Source of the DNA: Actinomycetes bacterium
GTDB taxonomy: Bacteria; Actinomycetota; Actinomycetes; JAHEKZ01
Assembly: GCA_035543875.1 (NCBI GenBank)
Contig: DATKIY010000217.1
Coordinates: forward strand, 1 to 40,900
Direction of reading: 5' to 3'
DNA length: 40,900 nt
Made by a program: the position numbers and the translations under genes. Each line of letters starts with the position of its first letter. Within the stretch, counting starts at the first letter, position 1. Under the pieces are notes generated by a model. It was given only the letters and a program-made list of their open reading frames with translations, was not told where the DNA came from and ran no database searches. This document shows positions 35,196 through 40,900 of the stretch, piece after piece.

Positions 35196-35423
35196 TTATC
35201 CGTCGGAGGCGTCCAGGGCAGGGCCCACGGGAGGGCCCACGGCAGGGTGCGGTCGCAGCAGAACCGCTCGACGTGACGCGTCTGCAACTTTCTCCTCTTC
35301 GAACGGGTGCGCGCAGACGGACGCAGTGAACTCCGGCGTCGAGTGACCGAGGCGCTTGCTGATCGCGAGCATCGACTCACCAGCTGCGTCGCCGAGTGAC
35401 CCTGACAGTTGCGGCAGGTCGGC
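35196..35423 (-). pseudogene. second tyrosine integrase remnant (last about 75 codons only)
   Basis: The C-terminal part of ORF 35196..35636 is ADLPQLSGSLGDAAGESMLAISKRLGHSTPEFTASVCAHPFEEEKVADASRRAVLLRP. It is clearly homologous to 33059..33583, but the HxLRH box is degraded (ADLPQ) and the catalytic Tyr position is Cys. Confidence 0.65.
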
Positions 35424-35684
35424 AGGAGAAGACTCTGGGCAAGCTCGCCAACTCACCGAAGACACATGCGGGCTGGTATCGCCGGCCGGGTACTCGTCGG
35501 AGTGGGCATCGTGGGAGCTGAAGTCATGGCAGCCATCGCAGGCTGACTTTGCGCAAGACGAAAGCGGTCCACTTGACCGATCACACACGCTTTCACCTGG
35601 GCTGGGGAGCGTCGGGGCCGGTTCGTGTCCATACATGGCTTGCCGCGGCCGCTGCCACCGCTTGTGAGGAGCACTAACCCCGAG

Positions 35685-37040
35685 TTAGCACCCCGGCCAG
35701 TCATCGGGATCGTTGCCGCATACCGTCCCGGCCCACGTGTTGGCAAAAACGACGGACCCGATGCTGAAGAGGCCGCCACCGTCTGCCGTTGCGCGATTCA
35801 ACGTGATTGACCCACCATCGGCGAGCTGTAACGCCCCTGCCGCTACATAGACACCGCCGCCAGTGGTCGCATTGTTGAGCAGGATGATCGCATCGCCCGC
35901 CATTTTGGTCCTACCGCGGAGGACATAGACGCCGCCACCGTCGACCGCCTGGTTGTCCCCGATGGACGCGCCATTGCGAATCCTCACCCTGCCAGCTGTT
36001 GCGATGCCGCCGCCGGTCGCGGCAGTGTTTTCTGTCACCCCGGCATGGCCTTGGACGGTCACGACACCGTGAGTCGACGCCTCGATCCCACCGCCATACT
36101 GCCCCGAGGTGTTCCCGTGGACTGTTGCATCTCCCTGCACGGTAAGGCTCACGTAGCCTCGTCTGAATCCCCCGAGATAGACGCCCCCGCCATGTGCCCC
36201 GGCGTCGTTACCCACGACCGTCGAAGAGCCACCCATTTCCACTGGCGCGTCGTACGAGAAGATGCCACCACCACCATTGGCGGCATGGTTGTCTATCACC
36301 TTTACCTGGTCGTGAAGCCGTACTGCCGCCTGGTAGGTCGCCACGCCACCACCGGTGACGGCGCTGTTACCCGAGATCACCGCGCTGCCGCTGGCAGACA
36401 GAACGCCTTTTCGAACGTAGACGCCGCCGCCCCATCCGCCAACGCCATAGAGCTTGTTGTTTCCGATCGTCGCGTTGTCAGAAAGGGTCAGGCGTCCAAG
36501 AGTGAAGAAGACGCCTCCGCCATACTGAGCCTCGTTCGAAACTACCGCCGTTGACCCCGCAAGGACGAGGTCAGCACGTCGGCTATCGATCCCTCCTCCG
36601 TTCAAGGACCCCTGACCGTTTCGGATCGTCAGATCTAGGATGGTGACGTTGACCGGGGCGGCGCCTTTGGCGCCGTGGACGGTGAGGACCGTGCCACTTA
36701 GTGAACCGTCAAGGGTTGGGCTGGGCTCAGCCTGGCTTGGCTCGCCGATGAGGAACACGCTCTTGGTCACAACGAAGTTGCCAACGCAATGTCCTTGCAC
36801 CTGGATTCGATCGCCATTCTGGGCCGCATCGAGAACCATCTGGAGGCTGCTCTGCGGTCCTGTACCTGCCGTTATATCCGTGACCTGGCAGGCGCTGGCA
36901 CCGCCAATGGCGAGTGCTTCCCCGACGACCATGACACCGACCAGTGACACTGCAAATGCGGCTGCCCCGACCGGAACTCGCCGCCACCATTTCATTGACA
37001 TGTTGGACGTCCAATCATTCTGTCCTACATGTGCACTCAT
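35685..37040 (-). CDS. exported right-handed beta-helix protein with Pmp-type (GGG[IV]...N.A) repeats
   Basis: Signal-like MKWWRRVPVGAAAFAVSLVGVMVVGEALA. The N-terminal module is CQVTD...LQMVLDAAQNGDRIQVQGHCVGNFVV...PTLDG. About 13 degenerate 22-27-aa repeats follow, each with GGG(V/I)(Y/F) and (G/S)N.A. The C-terminal motif is NDPDDWPGC. The start is uncertain (ATG 37040, 37001 or 36995). Confidence 0.7.
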   Translation of the reverse strand: MSAHVGQNDWTSNMSMKWWRRVPVGAAAFAVSLVGVMVVGEALAIGGASACQVTDITAGTGPQSSLQMVLDAAQNGDRIQVQGHCVGNFVVTKSVFLIGEPSQAEPSPTLDGSLSGTVLTVHGAKGAAPVNVTILDLTIRNGQGSLNGGGIDSRRADLVLAGSTAVVSNEAQYGGGVFFTLGRLTLSDNATIGNNKLYGVGGWGGGVYVRKGVLSASGSAVISGNSAVTGGGVATYQAAVRLHDQVKVIDNHAANGGGGIFSYDAPVEMGGSSTVVGNDAGAHGGGVYLGGFRRGYVSLTVQGDATVHGNTSGQYGGGIEASTHGVVTVQGHAGVTENTAATGGGIATAGRVRIRNGASIGDNQAVDGGGVYVLRGRTKMAGDAIILLNNATTGGGVYVAAGALQLADGGSITLNRATADGGGLFSIGSVVFANTWAGTVCGNDPDDWPGC

Positions 37041-37143
37041 CCAGGGAGGAGAGCAATGCGCAGTGCCACTATCTCAGAAGGACGCAACACTAGGAAGACT
37101 GGAACTTGCGCTCCGGTGGCCCGCGCCGGTGTACGTCGAACTC

Positions 37144-37185
37144 GGTGGGCGCAGAGGGGACTCGAAGCCCCGACCGCCGGTTTGG
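37144..37185 (-). repeat. inverted tRNA-Val-like 3' fragment (tRNA pseudogene remnant)
   Basis: The reverse complement is CAAACCGGCGGTCGGGGCTTCGAGTCCCCTCTGCGCCCACC. It closely resembles copy 35113-35157 and the tRNA acceptor 3' strand. Further 5' (to about 37215), TCAGCGGTA resembles the D-loop. Confidence 0.6.
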
Positions 37186-37429
37186 TTACCGCTGACGCCT
37201 CGCCTGACCTGCGGCGAGCGAGGGCTAGGCGGGCGACCGTGAGGGCAGCTCGTCAGATCCAGCTGAGCACGTTGGCGATCGGGTACACGAGTGCACCGCC
37301 TACGGCGGCAACGACGATGCCCTGCAGCAGGGCGACGATGCCTGCGAGCGCGACTTCCGGTGCGCTCCTCGGCGGGAGACCGGCCGCTTCGCGGACCCTC
37401 GGCGCGGGCGACAAACCGGACGACCGGAC

Positions 37430-37477
37430 CTGGTCTTACAAACCAGCGATCGTAGGTTCGATCCCTACTGCGCCCAC
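37430..37477 (+). repeat. direct repeat of tRNA-Val 3' part (distal att junction of the island)
   Basis: CTGGTCTTACAAACCAGCGATCGTAGGTTCGATCCCTACTGCGCCCAC is identical to 32971-33018 except for one G to A change at 37449. Confidence 0.85.
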
Positions 37478-37512
37478 ATTTGTGCGGTCAAGCTCGACGA
37501 GGTGGACGACAG

Positions 37513-37881
37513 TCAGCGACGGTGTAGGTGGTGAACCGGCTGCCAGACTTGGCGGAATCCCTTCACCATGAGGAATCCCCAAATCCCGGCACCGATCAAC
37601 ACAAACGGGTCGAAGGTCAGCAACCCTGCCGCGAGTAAGAAGAGGAACGGCACGAGCATTCCAACGCTGGCGACTATCCGACCGACTGGGCCGAACGTTG
37701 TGTCGCTCTTGACCCACCGAGACCGCCTGGCGTTCGGTAGCGCGGACGGCAACGGGTTCGTAGGTCCTTGGCCGACTCGAGTTACCGGGTTGAATGGGGC
37801 CGCTGGCGCGTCCGACGCAGGCGCACCCGCACTGGGCGGCGGCGAGAAGAAGTCGAAGGTGTCATCGGCGGACGCGGTCAT
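37513..37881 (-). CDS. small membrane protein with Pro/Ala-rich N-terminus
   Basis: 122 aa with two hydrophobic segments (IVASVGMLVPFLFLLAAGLL and FVLIGAGIWGFLMV). No family recognised. Confidence 0.5.
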   Translation of the reverse strand: MTASADDTFDFFSPPPSAGAPASDAPAAPFNPVTRVGQGPTNPLPSALPNARRSRWVKSDTTFGPVGRIVASVGMLVPFLFLLAAGLLTFDPFVLIGAGIWGFLMVKGFRQVWQPVHHLHRR

Positions 37882-38010
37882 ACCGCAAGAATCGACCTTT
37901 TCCGGTGTCCACTTGACTGCCCGACCGATCGATTTCCGCGCGCTCCTGAGCAGCCGTGGCCGGGTCGAGTAGGCGATACCCAGTGTGTTGGAGACGCGAA
38001 GCCCTTTGAC

Positions 38011-38868
38011 CTAGTTCGTACTTGGTTCCTGGTTTGCCAGGAACTCCTGGAGGGTCATCGGTCGTTCTCCCGTAATTTGCTCAACGTCACCGCTTACGAC
38101 GTCCAGTTCGCCCTTGGCTAGTGAGACGTAGGTGCTTACCCAACCGTCAACCTCCCATGGCTCGGCGCCGAAGCCTGCTCGAGATTGGTACGCCTCCTCG
38201 ATGGTTTCCTCGACGTACGTCGTGGCGTGGCCGGTGACCGTGGTGAGTACCTCGGCCGCCTCCGTGAGGTTGAACGTGTCGGGTCCAGTCAGGTCGTACG
38301 TGGCTCCGACGTGGGCTGAGGTGTCGTCGAGCATCACTGCTGCTGCTACCCGTGCCACGTCCTCACGCGCCACTCCAGCGACCCGGCCGTCGCCACCCGG
38401 GCCACGAATCACCCCATCTGCACCGACCAGTTGTGCAACGAAGTCGAGGTACAAACTGTCGCGCAAGAACGTGTGCTGGATTCCGCGAGCGATGATGTGT
38501 TGCTCGGAGTGGAAGTGGTCGCGTCCGAACGTGAAAGTGCAGTCAGCTGAGGCGGCGAGAAAGGATGTATAGACGATGCGGCTCACACCGGCACTTGCTG
38601 CTGCGTCGATCGCACGCCGGTGAACGTCGACTCGATTCTTTGATTCCTCGGCGGAGACAAGGAACAGCGTGTCGATGCCGGTCAGAGCAGAGGTCAAGGC
38701 AGGCAGATCGTCGTAGCTGGCTTCGGCGACGGATGCTCCCTGGAGTCTGGGCGCTCTCGTAGGGTCTCTGACGATCAGACGCTGCTCAGCGCCGGCCAAG
38801 GCTAGAAGCCGCGCAACATGTCCGCCCAGCTGCCCGGTCGCTCCAGTGACCGCATACAGCGTGGTCAT
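38011..38868 (-). CDS. NmrA-like / atypical SDR NAD(P)-binding protein
   Basis: N-terminal YAVTGATGQLGGHVARLL Rossmann motif, 285 aa, with the NmrA-like layout. Confidence 0.7.
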   Translation of the reverse strand: MTTLYAVTGATGQLGGHVARLLALAGAEQRLIVRDPTRAPRLQGASVAEASYDDLPALTSALTGIDTLFLVSAEESKNRVDVHRRAIDAAASAGVSRIVYTSFLAASADCTFTFGRDHFHSEQHIIARGIQHTFLRDSLYLDFVAQLVGADGVIRGPGGDGRVAGVAREDVARVAAAVMLDDTSAHVGATYDLTGPDTFNLTEAAEVLTTVTGHATTYVEETIEEAYQSRAGFGAEPWEVDGWVSTYVSLAKGELDVVSGDVEQITGERPMTLQEFLANQEPSTN

Positions 38869-38992
38869 CGGTCGTCACCCTTCGGCACCGAAGCACCCAT
38901 CGTGGTGGTGGTTTCCCGGCTTCCCGTGTTGTCGCACCTTTTTCATCCTACGATCGCTGCGCGTGTTTCGCGCTAGATGAGGGGGATAAGTC

Positions 38993-40498
38993 GTGCGGTC
39001 TTGGGGAGCTCCGGGAATCCGCGTTTTCGCCGTTGGGTCGGTACTCGCGGTTTCATCGGCGGCATTGCTGGCTACTGCGCCAGCTGCCCTCGCCATAGGA
39101 ACCGGCTGCCAAGCCACCAACGTGACAGAGTCTGGGCAGCCCATGGCCGACCTGCAGGCTGCGATCGACCAAGCGGTGAATTTCGACACGATCGAAGTCA
39201 GCGGCGTGTGCTTCGGGAACTTCTCCGTAAACAAGCTCATCGAGCTGAAAGGCCGACCCACTCGCGCCGTCCCCAACCCCACCTTGGACGGAAATAAGGC
39301 ATCCAGTGTTCTCGTCACCGGCGGCGAAGCCGGCGTGACACTGACCGACCTCACCCTGACACACGGCAAGGCTCAGCAAGGTGGCGCGGTTGACATGAAC
39401 GGCGGAACTGTGTGGCTCCGCGGCGCGACACTAATTACGGGAAACACCGCAGTGCGGGGCGGTGGGATCCACAACGGAAACGGCTTTCTAAACATTGGTG
39501 GCTCAGCGTCGATTGTTGCAAATCATGCGCGTCGCGGTGGAGGTATCTACAGCGCTCGTGGCCTACTGACGTTCGGTGGAACATCAAGCGTTTCCGGTAA
39601 CACGGCGCTAAGCGGCGGTGGAGTCGCGGCGCCGACGGGTCACGTGACGCTCGCGGAGCAATCGGCTGTCAGTGGGAATACAGCTGGCTGGATGGGTGGC
39701 GGAATTTTGGCTGGATCTGGTCCACTCACGATCGGTGACTCAGCCACCGTTTCGGGAAACTCCGCGCGGACAGGCGCTGGAGTTGTCACTAACGGAACAC
39801 TGACCATGTACGGAGCGGCGTCCGTTTCAATGAACATTGCGTCGTCACCGAACCGAGGCGGCGGCGTGCTTAGTCTGAGTAGTGGCTCGGTCGTCATGCG
39901 CGACACAGCTCAAGTGTCACAAAACAGGGGCTATATGGGCGCTGGCATCTATAGCGAGTACGGCACGGTGGTCATGAGCGGGTCAGCGTCGGTCAGCGGC
40001 AACAGCGCGACGTGGTCCGGTGGCGGGATCCAGCTTCTCGGCGGCAAACTCGTCATGACGGATTCTTCGGGGGTACGTGGAAACCACGCTGACGGCCCCG
40101 GCGGCGGGGTCTACAACGGTGGCACCGTCGTTTTGAAGCAGATGGCGGGCATCGATGGCAACGGCGGGCTGCATGGGGGTGGTGTGACGGGGGAGGGGAC
40201 ACTGAGAATGTTCGATCAAAGCTCGTTGGCGTTCAACCGCGCTCACCAAGGTGGCGCATACATGGGGAGTGGACGGTTCACCCTCAACGGAGAAGCCAGA
40301 GTGAACGGAAACACCGCCAGAATCGGTGGTGGGTTCTACAAGGTCGGTGGTCGACTCACGTTGAATGACTCGTCAAGGATCACCTCAAACACCGCGCATA
40401 AGTTCGGTGGCGGGGTCTATAACGTCGCTGGTCCGGTCCAGGTAAACGATTCCGCCACGATCTCGGCTAACCACCCCGACGATTGTCTTGGGTGCTAG
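38993..40498 (+). CDS. exported right-handed beta-helix protein with Pmp-type repeats (paralogue of 35685..37040)
   Basis: GTG after a GAGGGGGA RBS. Signal peptide MRSWGAPGIRVFAVGSVLAVSSAALLATAPAALA. The N-terminal module is CQATN...LQAAIDQAVNFDTIEVSGVCFGNFSV...PTLDG. Fourteen repeats of about 26 aa follow, of the type GGG(I/V)..n.G.L.(l).gsa.vsGN.A. The C-terminal motif is NHPDDCLGC. Confidence 0.75.
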   Translation: MRSWGAPGIRVFAVGSVLAVSSAALLATAPAALAIGTGCQATNVTESGQPMADLQAAIDQAVNFDTIEVSGVCFGNFSVNKLIELKGRPTRAVPNPTLDGNKASSVLVTGGEAGVTLTDLTLTHGKAQQGGAVDMNGGTVWLRGATLITGNTAVRGGGIHNGNGFLNIGGSASIVANHARRGGGIYSARGLLTFGGTSSVSGNTALSGGGVAAPTGHVTLAEQSAVSGNTAGWMGGGILAGSGPLTIGDSATVSGNSARTGAGVVTNGTLTMYGAASVSMNIASSPNRGGGVLSLSSGSVVMRDTAQVSQNRGYMGAGIYSEYGTVVMSGSASVSGNSATWSGGGIQLLGGKLVMTDSSGVRGNHADGPGGGVYNGGTVVLKQMAGIDGNGGLHGGGVTGEGTLRMFDQSSLAFNRAHQGGAYMGSGRFTLNGEARVNGNTARIGGGFYKVGGRLTLNDSSRITSNTAHKFGGGVYNVAGPVQVNDSATISANHPDDCLGC

Positions 40499-40638
40499 CC
40501 GGTCTTGATACGCCGCGTTCGCGTCCACGCAGCGTCAAGTAACGTCGGCCCGCGAGGGTTGGGACTTTGATCCGAAAGATTCGATTCCCCGCCACTCGCG
40601 ACGAAGCCGCCGAAATTTGTGACCGAGGTGAGACGCGG

Positions 40639-40900
40639 ATGAATACGTGGCTGCTGTTGGCCTGCGCGATTGCTTCCGAGGTAACCGCAACTCTGGCGCT
40701 GCGAATGTCTGACGGGTTCTCAAAGTTCTGGCCAGCCGTGGTCGTTGTTATTGGCTACGGCACATCGTTTGTACTGCTGTCACTGATTCTGCGCACCGGT
40801 CTAGCCATCGGAATCGTCTACGCGATCTGGTCCGCGTTCGGTGTCGCGCTGGTCTCCGTCCTTGGTGTCCTGCTGTTCGACGACCGGATTTCCAGGCTCA
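40639..40900 (+). CDS. small multidrug resistance (SMR/EmrE-like) transporter, 3' end beyond window
   Basis: Absent from the ORF track because it has no stop. From ATG 40639: MNTWLLLACAIASEVTATLALRMSDGFSKFWPAVVVVIGYGTSFVLLSLILRTGLAIGIVYAIWSAFGVALVSVLGVLLFDD. It carries the conserved membrane-embedded Glu at position 14. Confidence 0.8.
   Translation, partial: MNTWLLLACAIASEVTATLALRMSDGFSKFWPAVVVVIGYGTSFVLLSLILRTGLAIGIVYAIWSAFGVALVSVLGVLLFDDRISRL

Larger units (their letters stand above)
33019..37477. mobile_element. degenerate, apparently composite integrative island inserted in the 3' end of tRNA-Val
   Basis: Bounded by a 48-bp direct repeat, 32971-33018 versus 37430-37477, with 47/48 identity. 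It contains an internal diverged tRNA 3'-half copy (35113-35157) and an inverted one (37144-37185). It also contains two truncated tyrosine integrase remnants, each directly following a tRNA-derived repeat. Confidence 0.75.

Noticed and set aside
35220-35243. 12-nt tandem duplication AGGGCCCACGG[G/C] x2.
   Set aside because: This is a two-copy slippage event inside a dead integrase tail, too short to be a meaningful repeat array. It is noted under the integrase finding only.
37253-37414. A 53-codon minus-strand ORF ending in a TM helix (EVALAGIVALLQGIVVAAVGGALVYPIANVLSWI), between the inverted tRNA fragment and the distal repeat.
   Set aside because: Only a TTG start is available, and the open frame begins inside the tRNA-derived repeat. 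It is probably the 3' remnant of a disrupted membrane-protein gene rather than a functional gene.
40499-40638. Guanidine riboswitch (ykkC-III or mini-ykkC) upstream of the SMR transporter gene.
   Set aside because: I looked for the ACGR-loop hairpin pair and for the CCGGACGAGG...CAGGACAA core. Only a loose GACCGAGGTG resemblance is present, with no matching pseudoknot partner.
1-40900. CRISPR arrays, IS or transposase genes, toxin-antitoxin pairs, restriction or other defence-type ATPase and nuclease genes.
   Set aside because: None was seen. The only interspersed repeats I found are the tRNA-Val-derived fragments, and no ORF shows transposase (DDE), Cas, helicase or nuclease signatures.

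Overview
High-GC actinobacterial chromosome segment. The core (about 9.2-33.0 kb) holds housekeeping genes. On the minus strand there is a compact gnd-zwf-pgl oxidative pentose-phosphate operon. There is also a type-II fatty-acid-synthase operon, fasR/mabR-like regulator, fabD, fabH, acpP, fabF and an accD6-like carboxyltransferase. Further genes are pirin, PPK2, a secreted FG-GAP/VCBS protein, pyruvate dehydrogenase E1 (aceE), DUF1918, DUF3052, a DoxX-like protein, an AhpE-type peroxiredoxin and tRNA-Val(TAC). The ahpE...aceE...regulator-fabD...accD6 order mirrors M. tuberculosis Rv2238c-Rv2247. Two flanks look accessory. (i) 0-9 kb encodes mostly exported proteins: two small RTX-like Ca-binding repeat proteins, two decayed PD40 beta-propeller genes, a lipoprotein, a DrrAB-like ABC-2 exporter and a lysyl-oxidase-like protein. 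(ii) 33.0-37.5 kb is a degenerate island inserted in the 3' end of tRNA-Val. A 48-bp direct repeat bounds it, and it contains two further tRNA-derived fragments, two truncated tyrosine-integrase remnants, a sensor-like membrane protein and a Pmp-type beta-helix protein. A diverged paralogue of that beta-helix protein lies just outside the island, and an SMR transporter gene runs off the right edge. I did not recognise a compact multi-gene defence-like or other obviously new system. The most novel-looking items are (a) FabD fused to a biotinyl-domain look-alike lacking the biotin-accepting Lys, next to an AccD6-type carboxyltransferase; (b) a 17-bp palindrome present upstream of both fabD and fasR, a candidate operator; (c) the accreted tRNA-Val island with Cys-capped beta-helix paralogues; and (d) a bacterial lysyl-oxidase homologue with the Cu and LTQ residues intact. 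All family assignments are by-eye motif recognition, with no database search run. Many long ORFs in the track are antisense or off-frame artefacts typical of GC-rich DNA and are not reported.
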